Source of the DNA: Candidatus Cloacimonadota bacterium
GTDB lineage: Bacteria; Cloacimonadota; Cloacimonadia; JGIOTU-2
DNA: 64,000 bases
NCBI GenBank assembly: GCA_016932035.1
Contig: JAFGDR010000009.1
Span: 34,845 to 98,844 of the forward strand
Direction: 5' to 3'
Shown in pieces: positions 20,039-29,989 of the stretch. Position 1 is the first letter of the stretch. Every line of letters starts with the position of its first letter. Below the pieces are notes generated by a model. It ran no database searches, had not been told where the DNA came from, and was given only the letters and a program-made list of their open reading frames with translations. The translations under genes and the position numbers were made by a program.

Positions 20039-21718
20039 ATGCTTAAAAAGATACATCCTACAAAAACCAAGGCTTGGCAAGAGTTAAAAAAGCATCACGA
20101 CATAATGCAGCACGCATCAATGAAAGAGATGTTTGATAAAGATGCTGATAGATTTAAGAATTTCTCAATTCAGTTCGAAGAGATACTTCTTGATTACTCC
20201 AAAAATATTATTAATGAAGAAACACTAGAACTCCTCATTCAGCTTGCGAATGAATGTGAGCTTAAAGATGCAATTGATAAGATGTTAACCGGTGATTCCA
20301 TCAATGAAACAGAACACAGAGCAGTACTTCACACAGCGTTAAGAAATTTCTCGGGCAAACCAGTTTTTGTGGATTGCAAGGATGTAATGCCTGAGGTCAA
20401 AGCAGTGCAACTGAAGATGAAAAAATTTTCTGAGAAAATGCTGTTCGGTGAATGGAAAGGATGTACGGGTAAAGCAATTACGGATATTGTGAACATCGGC
20501 ATCGGCGGATCTGATCTCGGTCCGGTGATGGTGACTGAATCACTCAAACCGTACTGGAAGAAAATCACCCCAAATTTTGTGTCGAATGTTGATGGAACGC
20601 ATATTGCAGAAACACTTAAGAATCTAAATCCCGAGACCACACTTTTTATGATCGCATCAAAAACCTTCACAACCCAGGAAACCATGACCAATGCACTTAC
20701 TGCACGAACGTGGTTCCTTGAAAATGCAAAGAATGAGGACAGCATCAAGAAGCATTTTATCGCGATCTCCACGAATGAGGAAGGTGTGAAGAAGTTCGGT
20801 ATTGATCCACAGAATATGTTCCGTTTCTGGGATTGGGTCGGTGGGCGTTACTCATTGTGGTCAGCCATCGGGCTTTCAATTGCCTGTACTATTGGCTACG
20901 ATAATTTTGAGCAGCTTCTTAAAGGTGCCTATGCTATGGATGAGCATTTCAGGAATACATCATTTGGTGAGAATATGCCGGTCATCCTTGCATTGCTTGG
21001 GATATGGTATAATAATTTTTTCAATGCACAGACACAGGCAATTCTGCCGTACGATCAGTACATGCATCGATTTGCTGCCTACTTCCAGCAGGGAGATATG
21101 GAGAGTAACGGCAAATCAACAGACAGAAATGGAAATTCTGTGAACTATCAAACTGGACCGATCATCTGGGGAGAACCGGGCACAAATGGACAGCATGCAT
21201 TCTACCAGCTCATTCATCAGGGCACAAAGCTCATTCCCTGCGATTTTCTCGCCCCGGCGATCAGCCACAATCCAATAGGTGATCATCATATGAAATTGCT
21301 CTCTAATTTCTTTGCACAGACAGAAGCATTGATGAAGGGAAAAACAGAAGCAGAAGTTCGAAATCAATTACAAAAAGCTGGAAAGAAAGATGACGAGATA
21401 GAAAAATTATTGCCATTTAAAATATTTCAAGGCAACAAACCAACAAATTCCATACTGTTCAAGAAATTAACCCCTTATACTCTTGGAAGTTTGATAGCGA
21501 TGTATGAGCATAAGATATTTGTGCAGGGGGTGATATGGAATATTTTCAGTTTTGACCAATGGGGAGTAGAGCTGGGAAAGCAACTTGCAAAAAGCATTCT
21601 GCCTGAACTTGAGACTGATGAACATGTCAACGATCATGATTCTTCGACGAATGGTTTGATCAATGCATATAAGATGATGAGGGAGTTGAGAAAGTTGAAT
21701 TCTATATTGATGGTATAA
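20039..21718 (+). CDS. pgi: glucose-6-phosphate isomerase
   Basis: Start '[16 protein letters not shown]' aligns with the classical Pgi N-terminus and has GGAG 7 nt upstream (the ORF track start at 19985 is too early). Motifs 'GIGGSDLGP', '[13 protein letters not shown]', 'ESNGK', '[11 protein letters not shown]'. Confidence 0.9.
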   Translation: MLKKIHPTKTKAWQELKKHHDIMQHASMKEMFDKDADRFKNFSIQFEEILLDYSKNIINEETLELLIQLANECELKDAIDKMLTGDSINETEHRAVLHTALRNFSGKPVFVDCKDVMPEVKAVQLKMKKFSEKMLFGEWKGCTGKAITDIVNIGIGGSDLGPVMVTESLKPYWKKITPNFVSNVDGTHIAETLKNLNPETTLFMIASKTFTTQETMTNALTARTWFLENAKNEDSIKKHFIAISTNEEGVKKFGIDPQNMFRFWDWVGGRYSLWSAIGLSIACTIGYDNFEQLLKGAYAMDEHFRNTSFGENMPVILALLGIWYNNFFNAQTQAILPYDQYMHRFAAYFQQGDMESNGKSTDRNGNSVNYQTGPIIWGEPGTNGQHAFYQLIHQGTKLIPCDFLAPAISHNPIGDHHMKLLSNFFAQTEALMKGKTEAEVRNQLQKAGKKDDEIEKLLPFKIFQGNKPTNSILFKKLTPYTLGSLIAMYEHKIFVQGVIWNIFSFDQWGVELGKQLAKSILPELETDEHVNDHDSSTNGLINAYKMMRELRKLNSILMV

Positions 21719-22503
21719 AGGTATCAACCGATATGACTGTACCATATGAATATGAATTGGATACTGGAACAGGAAAAAATGTTAATTATACAATTTATGC
21801 AAAAGCGTTTGATACAAGTAATAATAATACAAATTCTGAAACAATAAATATACTGGTTTGTGAAAATGGTACTGTTACGGATATAGACGATAACGTATAT
21901 CAAACAAAAATGTTTGGAAATCAGGAATGGATGGTAGAAAACCTGAAAGTAAACCATTACAGGAATGGTGATCCGATTCCTAATGCTACAGATGGAAGCA
22001 CATGGGCAGCTCTTACCTATGGTGCCTATTGTTATTATAATAATAATTCTAGCAATTCAGAGACTTATGGAGCTCTTTATAACTGGTATGCTGTTGAAGA
22101 TAGTCGTGGATTAGCACCGGAAGGATGGCATGTTCCTACAGATGATGAGATCAAAGAATTAGAAATGTATCTTGGTCTGAGCGAGAGCCAGGCAAACAGC
22201 GAAGGCTGGCGTGGTACGAATGAGGGCAGTAAGCTTGCTGGTAGCCATGATTTATGGACTAATGGTGCAATGAGAAATGATCCTGAATTCGGCAGCAGTG
22301 GTTTCGATTTAATTCCTGGCGGATTCCGTAACTACTATAGTGGAAGTTTCTACAGTATGGGTTACTCCGGACGCTTCTGGTCATCTACAGAGAACAATAA
22401 ACATCCCGCCTGGTATAGGGATGTGGACTATGATTATACGACTGTGTACCGTTATGGCTTCATTAAATGCGGTGGCTTCTCAGTACGCTGTGTAAAAGAT
22501 TAG
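21673..22503 (+). pseudogene. 5'-truncated paralog of the FISUMP (Fibrobacter succinogenes major paralogous domain) proteins; intact ORF only from internal ATG 21733
   Basis: Homology to the full-length paralogs at 28850 and 29990 ('[26 protein letters not shown]' versus 'EVKFYIDGTQVGTDDTTPYEYEWDTG') continues upstream of the ATG until a TAA at 21670-21672 inside the pgi 3' end. No signal peptide and no first Ig-like domain. C-terminus 'GGFSVRCVKD' is conserved. Confidence 0.55.
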
Positions 22504-22714
22504 TATTTTATCAAAATAGAAATATTAAATTGTATCCACACATCCCAGCTTGTAAAGATGAGTTGGGTTGAAGTGCTTTATTATTTACCCGAGTTGTTCT
22601 CTTCACGACCGACTTGTGATATTTATTTAGTACAATTCATAATCTATATTTATCTATATAATCTGTGTGAACATGTCCGCCTAATGGTAGGATCAGCATG
22701 CTAACATCACTTTC

Positions 22715-22763
22715 TTTGACAAATAATCGTCCCAAATAAATTTTCACATATCAAAATATCAGG
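22715..22763 (+). repeat. ~50-bp conserved upstream element, copy 2, 5' of the tauE/safE-like gene
   Basis: tttgacaaataatcgtcccaaataaattttcacatatcaaaatatcagg; direct repeat of 19984-20031. Confidence 0.6.
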
Positions 22764-22779
22764 GGCAAAAAAAGAAGAA

Positions 22780-23523
22780 ATGGAAACCAACATTATCATT
22801 CTCGGATCGTTCATTATTTTCATGGCTGCGCTTATACAGGGAACAACCGGATTTGGATTTTCGCTCTTTGCTGTTCCGCTACTGACGCTTTTTATCTCAC
22901 CCAAAATAGTCATACCAATGATCCTTCTTGTATCAATGATCATCAATATTTCAGTTCTGTATAACAGCAGAAAATCTTTCAACTTCAAGGTTATTTTACC
23001 AATATTTCTTTTCAGTTTGATCGGCGTACCGATTGGTGCAAAGTTGTTGATCATTTTGCCTGATTATGTTCTTAAAATTATAATAGGTTTCTTCATCCTC
23101 ATCTTTGGGTTATTATTTTTCTTCAATGTACATTTCAAAGTTAAGCATGAGAAGGTCACTCGTGCGATTGTCGGTTTCTTGAGTGGATTGCTGAATGGAA
23201 GTATTACCATGAGCGGTCCACCTGTGATCCTCTTCTTTGCAAATGAGAAAAAAGGTAAAATGCATTTCAGAGCACATCTTGCGTCTTTCTTTCTGCTTCT
23301 TACACTTGCAACGATTCCAGTTTACATCTATTATGGATTAATCACAAAAATAGTAATTAATTATACGCTGACCTTCAGTATTTCAGTCATTGTTGGAGTC
23401 ATTGGAGGTAATTTGTTGATAAAGAAAATACACGACGATCATTTTAGAAAATTGACACTAATAATTATCATCTGTATGGGAGTATTAGCACTATATTCAG
23501 GAATAAGGGGAGTCATATCATGA
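22780..23523 (+). CDS. sulfite exporter TauE/SafE family membrane protein
   Basis: 247 aa; 7-8 hydrophobic helices; glycine-rich 'GTTGFGFSLFAVP' and 'SGLLNGSITMSGPP' internal-repeat motifs typical of TauE. Confidence 0.7.
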   Translation: METNIIILGSFIIFMAALIQGTTGFGFSLFAVPLLTLFISPKIVIPMILLVSMIINISVLYNSRKSFNFKVILPIFLFSLIGVPIGAKLLIILPDYVLKIIIGFFILIFGLLFFFNVHFKVKHEKVTRAIVGFLSGLLNGSITMSGPPVILFFANEKKGKMHFRAHLASFFLLLTLATIPVYIYYGLITKIVINYTLTFSISVIVGVIGGNLLIKKIHDDHFRKLTLIIIICMGVLALYSGIRGVIS

Positions 23524-24752
23524 AAATGCTTGATGTAATTGTCATTGGAGGTGGAGCTGCAGGAATGGTTGCAGCAATTTCTTCCGCCAGGAAAGGGGCA
23601 AAAACAGTTATAGTCGAACGTTTACCCCGCGTTGGTAAAAAGATACTCGTGACCGGAAATGGACGCTGTAACTTCTCAAATACGAATTTAAGTAAGAAAA
23701 AGTATCATGGAACCGATCCATATTTCATAGGATATACATTCTCGCAGTTTGGCAGTAAACAGATCATCGAGTTTTTTGAAAAACTTGGGATACTTCATAA
23801 AGTCGAAGATGAGGAAAAAGTATATCCACGATGTGACCAGGCAGGAGCAGTTCTTGATGTATTACGATATGAATGTCAGCGTTTGGTTGTAGAAGAGTTA
23901 TGTGATCGGGAAGTCTCTGCAATAGTCAAAGAGAAAGATCAGTTTAAACTGCACATTCAAAATGGGGAAGAATATTTGTGTCATTCAGTTATTATTACTG
24001 CAGGAGGAAAAGCGAGTCCTCAGTTTGGTTCGAATGGTTCGGGGTTTGAACTCGCAAGCAAACTTGGTCATACAATTGTCGAACCTTTTCCGTCACTTGT
24101 TCAGATCAAACTGGAGGATGAGTTTCTCAATCATCTGAACGGCATAAAAGTACACGCAAGAGTATCACTGTATGCGAATGAAAGCCATATTGATACGCAA
24201 GAAGGAGAAGTACTGTTTGCAAAATACGGCATGTCTGGTATTCCGGTCTTACAGCTCAGTAGATATGTGTATCATCCCGAGTTGAAAGGAATGGAACTTA
24301 TTTTGCATGTCGATCTCTTTCCGGAATTACAATTTCATGATCTGAAAAAGCTTATCTTAGAGCGATTCCAGAAGCTTCATTACAAATCGATTCAAGATGC
24401 GATGATCGGATTGATTAACAAGCGTATGATCCACGTAATTCTTTCGATAACCACTATTGATAGGGACAAACTTTGCGGTGAATTGAATTCAGTTGAAGTA
24501 GACGCACTTACGAATCAATTGAAGGATAGAAGATTTAAGATAAAGGGAACGCTATCATGGCGAGATGCTCAGGTTACCGCAGGTGGTGTAGCGACCGAAG
24601 AGATCGATGGGAAAACACTCGAGTCAAAGATCGTACCCGGTCTTTTCTTTGCAGGCGAAGTGATCGATATTCATGGAGACTCAGGTGGATACAATCTTGC
24701 CTGGGCGTGGGCATCAGGATATGTTGCCGGAATGTATGCGGGTAAGAGATGA
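23520..24752 (+). CDS. HI0933/BaiN-like NAD(P)/FAD-dependent flavoprotein
   Basis: 'MLDVIVIGGGAAGMVAA' dinucleotide-binding motif; 'KILVTGNGRCNFSN'; C-terminal 'GEVIDIHGDSGGYNLAWAWASG'. Confidence 0.8.
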   Translation: MKMLDVIVIGGGAAGMVAAISSARKGAKTVIVERLPRVGKKILVTGNGRCNFSNTNLSKKKYHGTDPYFIGYTFSQFGSKQIIEFFEKLGILHKVEDEEKVYPRCDQAGAVLDVLRYECQRLVVEELCDREVSAIVKEKDQFKLHIQNGEEYLCHSVIITAGGKASPQFGSNGSGFELASKLGHTIVEPFPSLVQIKLEDEFLNHLNGIKVHARVSLYANESHIDTQEGEVLFAKYGMSGIPVLQLSRYVYHPELKGMELILHVDLFPELQFHDLKKLILERFQKLHYKSIQDAMIGLINKRMIHVILSITTIDRDKLCGELNSVEVDALTNQLKDRRFKIKGTLSWRDAQVTAGGVATEEIDGKTLESKIVPGLFFAGEVIDIHGDSGGYNLAWAWASGYVAGMYAGKR

Positions 24753-24988
24753 ATATCCAATGTCCAATAACCAATATCCAATGATGAAGGTGAATAAATT
24801 GAACGAATATGATTCCCTTCTCCTGGTGAGAAAAAGATCAATTTGGGTTGAGCAAATTGGGTTGCGGTCGATTGAAAAATATTCAAAATGTAAGATTGTC
24901 GAATAGGGATTTAATATGATAAATCTAAAAAAAAAATATGTTGATTTTAAACTTGGAAATTGGTCATTCCTTGTTGGCTATTGGATAT
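24753..24988. repeat. ~236-bp intergenic element bounded by imperfect 18-bp inverted repeats built from 7-bp periodic TCCAATR units (MITE-like or regulatory array)
   Basis: Left: atatccaatgtccaataa, with CCAAT at 24757, 24764, 24771 and 24778 (exact 7-bp spacing). Right: ttgttggctattggatat, whose reverse complement atatccaatagccaacaa matches the left end at 15 of 18 positions. Internal direct repeat caaattgggttg x2. Confidence 0.45.
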
Positions 24989-24994
24989 TGATTT

Positions 24995-26623
24995 ATGATC
25001 AGAATTGAAGAAATAAAACTGCCGATCCATGCTTCTCGAATGCAATTGAAAGAAGAGATTCGTAAGATACTTCAGTTGGATCCAGACGCATTTGATTATT
25101 ACAAGTTGATCAAAAAAGCAGTTGATGCACGAAAAATGAATAACATTAAATTTGTGTATACTGTTGATGTGATAATTTCTAATATTACACTTGAGAAAAA
25201 AATCATAAAACGCATTAATGAAGCAAAATACAATAAAGTTAAGAAAAGACACAGGATACGAGTTGTCGAACCTTATTCTTATGAAATAGCGAGAATTCAA
25301 TCCGAAAAAGCATTCCATCGACCAGTAATAATCGGTTCTGGTCCAGCTGGACTTTTTGCCGGTTTGCTTCTTTCAAAAGCAGGACTGCAACCTCTTATTA
25401 TTGAAAAGGGAAAAGAGGTCGATGAGCGAGTAAAGGATGTTGAACATTTTATAAAAACAGGTGAACTCAACACATGCTCGAACATTCATTTTGGAGAAGG
25501 TGGAGCTGGCACGTTTTCTGATGCAAAACTGTACACACTTATCAATGATCATCGTACTAAATATATTTTTGATGAACTGATTGCTGCAGGAGCGCCAACT
25601 GAGATCGCTTATAGTGCACGACCGCATATTGGAACCGATAATCTTAGAAAAGTAGTCAAAAATCTTCGTGAGAAAATTGAGCAACAGGGTGGCGAATTAT
25701 TATTTGAGCATGAATTGGAAGATGTTTTCATAAAAAACGATTCTATTCATCAGATTAAAATAAAAAATGAAATTCATAATGTTTCGCATCTAGTACTTGC
25801 AGTTGGTAATGCTGCACGTGATACCTTTGAAATGCTGTACAATCATGATATGCAAATGGAAGCTAAACCCTTTTCAATGGGAGTTCGAATCGAGCATCCA
25901 CGTGAGTACATCAATAAACTTCAATATGGTGATTTCAATAAAGATAAGAAATTACCGCAAGCACATTACAAACTTGCTGTTCATCTAAAAAATGGAAGGG
26001 GAGTCTATACATTTTGCATGTGCCCAGGTGGTTCGGTTGTTCCTGCTGCAACGGAAGCAAGTGGTGTAGTCACAAACGGTATGAGTACGTTTGCGCAGGA
26101 TAACATAAATTCAAATTCAGCACTTCTTGTTAGCGTTACACCCGACGATTATCCAACCGAACATCCGCTCTCAGGAATCCAATTTCAGAGAAGATTTGAA
26201 CAGAGAGCGTTCACTTACGATGGAGGAGATTATTTTGCACCAACACAGCTATTGGGAGACTTTCTCGAAGGAAACTCAACATCGCTTTATAAGAGTGTTA
26301 TACCAAGTTATAAACCAGGAACTCATTCTGGAGATTTAAGAGAGTGTTTGCCAGATTTTGTATATGAGAGTTTAAAAGAAGCAATACCTCTTCTTGATAA
26401 GAAAATGCCTGGTTTTGCGTACCCGTCAGCCGTTTTGACTGCAATCGAGACACGCAGTTCATCACCAGTTCGCATCATTCGTGGAGATGATCTTCAATCA
26501 AACATCAAAGGGATTTTTCCGGCTGGCGAAGGAGCAGGATATGCTGGTGGGATTGTATCTTCAGCGGTTGATGGCATGAAGGTTGCAGAGAAGATTATTG
26601 ATTTGTACCGGGGAGCACTATGA
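24995..26623 (+). CDS. FAD-dependent dehydrogenase (COG2509-type NAD(P)/FAD-binding protein)
   Basis: 542 aa; 'VIIGSGPAGLFAGLLL' Rossmann motif after a ~100-aa N-terminal domain; 'GEGGAGTFSD'; C-terminal 'GEGAGYAGGIVSSAVDG'. Confidence 0.7.
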   Translation: MIRIEEIKLPIHASRMQLKEEIRKILQLDPDAFDYYKLIKKAVDARKMNNIKFVYTVDVIISNITLEKKIIKRINEAKYNKVKKRHRIRVVEPYSYEIARIQSEKAFHRPVIIGSGPAGLFAGLLLSKAGLQPLIIEKGKEVDERVKDVEHFIKTGELNTCSNIHFGEGGAGTFSDAKLYTLINDHRTKYIFDELIAAGAPTEIAYSARPHIGTDNLRKVVKNLREKIEQQGGELLFEHELEDVFIKNDSIHQIKIKNEIHNVSHLVLAVGNAARDTFEMLYNHDMQMEAKPFSMGVRIEHPREYINKLQYGDFNKDKKLPQAHYKLAVHLKNGRGVYTFCMCPGGSVVPAATEASGVVTNGMSTFAQDNINSNSALLVSVTPDDYPTEHPLSGIQFQRRFEQRAFTYDGGDYFAPTQLLGDFLEGNSTSLYKSVIPSYKPGTHSGDLRECLPDFVYESLKEAIPLLDKKMPGFAYPSAVLTAIETRSSSPVRIIRGDDLQSNIKGIFPAGEGAGYAGGIVSSAVDGMKVAEKIIDLYRGAL

Positions 26624-27633
26624 CAAAAGTACTGTTCATCTGGAAGGTCAGAGATGAGTTAAAATATTATGTAAGCAAGGGGCTTTCGTCGTTGGATGTA
26701 GAGCTCATCTTTCCTCAAAACGCGAATGAGGAATTCTATTTGGAACATGCCCAGGATGCAGACATTATCGTTGGATGGCGACCGACCCAAGCACTCCTCG
26801 ATAGTGCATCGAAACTAAAATTATTCATAAATCCAGGTGCAGGAGTGCAACATCTACTTCAGATGTTTGGTGAATTACAACGAAAAAAAGACATTGTGCT
26901 TGTAAATGGACATGGAAATGCATATTTCACTGCCCAGCATATCGTCGGTTTGCTCCTTACATTGATGAACAAGATCATACCGCATCATAATTGGATGGTT
27001 GAAGGAAAATGGCGGCTTGGAGATACAGATGCGAAGTCAATACCGTTACGTGATAAGCACATCGGGCTCCTTGGGTATGGGAATGTAAACAAAAGAGTGC
27101 ATACATTTCTGAGTACATTCGATGTTTCTTTTTCAATCTTAAGAAAATACTGGGATAAGGATGAAGATTATCAATATCCGACACATTTCGATAAATATTC
27201 ATTTTCAGAGCTGCATGAATTTCTCAAATCAACCGATATCCTTATTATTGCAATTCCATTGACTTCCTTAACTGAAGGATTAATTGGTGAAAAAGAACTG
27301 AAACTTCTTGGTAAAGAAGGTTTACTTGTAAGTGCCGGTAGGGGGGCAGTAATTGATGAAAAAAATCTCTATGAAGCACTGAGAGATCGAACTATAGCCG
27401 GTGCTGCAATTGATGTATGGTATGACTATCAACCGGAACCTGATAAAGAGGAAAGAAAATTCCCAACAAAATTCCCATTCCATGAACTTGAAAATGTAGT
27501 CCTTTCACCTCACAGAGCAGCTTCTCCATTTGACTATCTGCGACGTTGGGATGAGGTGATAGAGAATATTAACCGTTTTGTAAGAGGAGAGAAGAAATTT
27601 CTCAACGAAGTGAATGTTGAAGAGGGTTATTAA
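26620..27633 (+). CDS. D-isomer-specific 2-hydroxyacid dehydrogenase family protein
   Basis: 337 aa; 'GLLGYGNVNKRV' NAD-binding region and 'RGAVIDEKNLYEAL' within an otherwise conserved catalytic region; ATGA overlap with the upstream gene. Confidence 0.6.
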   Translation: MTKVLFIWKVRDELKYYVSKGLSSLDVELIFPQNANEEFYLEHAQDADIIVGWRPTQALLDSASKLKLFINPGAGVQHLLQMFGELQRKKDIVLVNGHGNAYFTAQHIVGLLLTLMNKIIPHHNWMVEGKWRLGDTDAKSIPLRDKHIGLLGYGNVNKRVHTFLSTFDVSFSILRKYWDKDEDYQYPTHFDKYSFSELHEFLKSTDILIIAIPLTSLTEGLIGEKELKLLGKEGLLVSAGRGAVIDEKNLYEALRDRTIAGAAIDVWYDYQPEPDKEERKFPTKFPFHELENVVLSPHRAASPFDYLRRWDEVIENINRFVRGEKKFLNEVNVEEGY

Positions 27634-27638
27634 ATTCA

Positions 27639-28688
27639 ATGCTAAATCTTAAATCCTTAACATACCCAGAATTAGAAGAGCTGATTAAATCAATAAGTGG
27701 GAAGAAATACAGAGCTACGCAGCTTTTCAAAGCTATACACCAGCAGTATGCTGCTTCAATTCAGGAAATCGATCTGCTCCCCAAAGATCTCAGGAATAAG
27801 TTAGCTAAGCAAAACTATGTCGATACACTTGTTATTGAAAAGCGTTTTGATTCACAGATAGATGGAACAAAAAAATATCTGTTCCGATTACATGATGACC
27901 ATCTGATCGAAAGCGTATTGATGAGATACAAGCATGGCTACAGCGCGTGCCTTTCCACCCAGGTGGGCTGCAGAATGGGATGCCTGTTTTGCGCATCAAC
28001 AAAGGGTGGGCTGGTAAGAGATTTGAGTGCAGGTGAGATTGTCGATCAAGTCTATCATATTCAGCAAGATGCTGGAGTAAAGATCTCTAATATTGTACTT
28101 ATGGGAAGCGGCGAACCGCTCGAAAATTATGAGAATGTTCTAAAATTTCTTTCAATTATCCATGATGAAAATGGACAAAATATCGGATACAGACATATAA
28201 CATTATCAACTGTTGGAATTCCAGAAAAAATAAAACAACTCGCTGATAAGGAATTGCAGATCACGCTTTCGATCTCACTCCATGCACCGAATGATGAACT
28301 CAGGAAGAAGATAATGCCGATTGCACAGAAGTATTCAATCAAAGCAATTCTTGATGCATGTAACTATTGTATAAAGAAAACTCATCGCAGGATCACTTTC
28401 GAATATGCTTTAATAAAGGGCTTGAATGACTCTGAAGATGATACACGACAACTTGCAGCATTACTGAAAGGTATGCTCTGTCATGTGAACCTTATCCCTA
28501 TGAATCCGATAAAAGAGTCGGAACTACAACCTTCATCAAAAAAGAAAACTCAACAGTTTTGTGATACACTTACTTCAAAAAGAATAAATGTAACAATTCG
28601 TAGAGAATTAGGAGGAGATATTAATGCTGCATGCGGGCAGTTGAGACGGGATTATTATTTAACCACGAAAAGCAAAAAAAATAAATAA
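27639..28688 (+). CDS. rlmN: 23S rRNA (adenine2503-C2)-methyltransferase RlmN (radical SAM)
   Basis: 'CRMGCLFCAS' CxxxCxxC cluster motif; 'GSGEPLEN'; second Cys 'NAACGQL' near the C-terminus; length 349 aa. Confidence 0.85.
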   Translation: MLNLKSLTYPELEELIKSISGKKYRATQLFKAIHQQYAASIQEIDLLPKDLRNKLAKQNYVDTLVIEKRFDSQIDGTKKYLFRLHDDHLIESVLMRYKHGYSACLSTQVGCRMGCLFCASTKGGLVRDLSAGEIVDQVYHIQQDAGVKISNIVLMGSGEPLENYENVLKFLSIIHDENGQNIGYRHITLSTVGIPEKIKQLADKELQITLSISLHAPNDELRKKIMPIAQKYSIKAILDACNYCIKKTHRRITFEYALIKGLNDSEDDTRQLAALLKGMLCHVNLIPMNPIKESELQPSSKKKTQQFCDTLTSKRINVTIRRELGGDINAACGQLRRDYYLTTKSKKNK

Positions 28689-28849
28689 AGAAGAGTAAGA
28701 GTGTGGATTAACAAAAAATTGTTGACAAAAAAGTATAGAAAATTTTGGGATTTACTTGTTAGTGTATTCATCCTCAAAGCCATAATCTAATTAAATCAAA
28801 TATTTTAATGATAGAAAAGAAACTAGAATTACATATTGGAGGACAAAGC

Positions 28850-29839
28850 ATGAAAAAAATCATTATTTTGGTTGTTTTAATTTGTGTTTCATTCTTTATG
28901 TTTTCGTGCAGTAAATCAACAGACACAGATACAACAGCTCCAACAGTTACCATAACTTTTCCGGCAAATAACCAGCAATTCACACAAGGGGCAGTTATAA
29001 CAATAACTGTAACTGCAACAGATGCAAGAGGTATTAAAGAAGTAAAATTCTATATTGATGGCACACAAGTTGGAACAGACGATACGACTCCGTATGAGTA
29101 TGAATGGGATACCGGTGCACTTAAAGATACCACGCATTCTATCTATGCAAAAGCGTGGGATAATAATGACAATATCGGTACATCAAGTACGATCAATGTT
29201 ACACTAACAAACACAGTCACAGACTATGATGGAAATGTTTATCATATCGTAAAGATCGGCGATCAAGAATGGTTATTGGAAAACTTGAAAGTAACACATT
29301 TTAAAAACGGGGATGCAATACCTCAAGAAACTGATAATGCAACATGGGCTGATTTAACCACTGCAGCATACTGCATGTATGACAATTCTACTACATACGG
29401 ACAGGCATATGGTTATTTGTATAACTGGTATGCGGTTAGTGATACAAGGGGACTTGCACCTGAAGGATGGCATATCCCGTCAGATGAGGAGTGGAAAGAA
29501 CTTGAAATGGCTCTTGGTATGTCGCAGGCTGAAGCTGATGCAGTAGGTTGGAGGGGTACTGATCAGGGTGGTCAGTTGAAAGAAGCCGGGACAACACACT
29601 GGGCTAATCCAAATACTGCTGCTACAAACACTTCGGGCTTTACTGCTCTGGGTGGAGGACGACGCAGCGGATCAACCGGTTATTTTACATCAATCGGGAA
29701 TTATGCATTTTTCTGGACTTCTACTGAATATGATGCTGATAATATTTGGACTCGCTGGCTTGCCCATGATACTTCACAAATTGATCGAACAGGTTATCCC
29801 TTGAAGGGTGGTTACACAGTCCGATGTGTAAGAGACTAA
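28850..29839 (+). CDS. FISUMP-domain protein with N-terminal signal peptide and Ig-like domain
   Basis: Start MKKIIILVV preceded by GGAGG (the ORF track start at 28808 is too early). 'YGYLYNWYAV', 'GWHIPSDEEWKELE', 'GYTVRCVRD' match the TIGR02145-type Fibrobacter paralogous domain. Confidence 0.75.
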   Translation: MKKIIILVVLICVSFFMFSCSKSTDTDTTAPTVTITFPANNQQFTQGAVITITVTATDARGIKEVKFYIDGTQVGTDDTTPYEYEWDTGALKDTTHSIYAKAWDNNDNIGTSSTINVTLTNTVTDYDGNVYHIVKIGDQEWLLENLKVTHFKNGDAIPQETDNATWADLTTAAYCMYDNSTTYGQAYGYLYNWYAVSDTRGLAPEGWHIPSDEEWKELEMALGMSQAEADAVGWRGTDQGGQLKEAGTTHWANPNTAATNTSGFTALGGGRRSGSTGYFTSIGNYAFFWTSTEYDADNIWTRWLAHDTSQIDRTGYPLKGGYTVRCVRD

Positions 29840-29855
29840 ATAGAAAAAAAAATTT

Positions 29856-29890
29856 GGAGTGTTATGAATATTCATAGCACTCCTTTTTTT
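29856..29890 (+). terminator. strong intrinsic terminator (28-nt near-perfect palindrome plus T7)
   Basis: ggagtgttatgaatattcatagcactcc followed by ttttttt, 17 nt after the FISUMP gene stop. Confidence 0.8.
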
Positions 29891-29989
29891 ATATTTGAAT
29901 GCTACTTTAATCAAAATATTGACAAATATTTTTAAATAAATACGCATGGGGTATGTTTTTGGCAGTCATATTATAAACTTTTTAAGGAA

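Noticed and set aside
20329-20772. 147-aa minus-strand ORF within pgi
   Set aside because: Antisense to pgi; no independent support.
22536-22580. Possible hairpin cccag-N14-ttggg after the FISUMP remnant as a terminator
   Set aside because: Short stem with a G-U pair, 14-nt loop and no U-tract; too weak.
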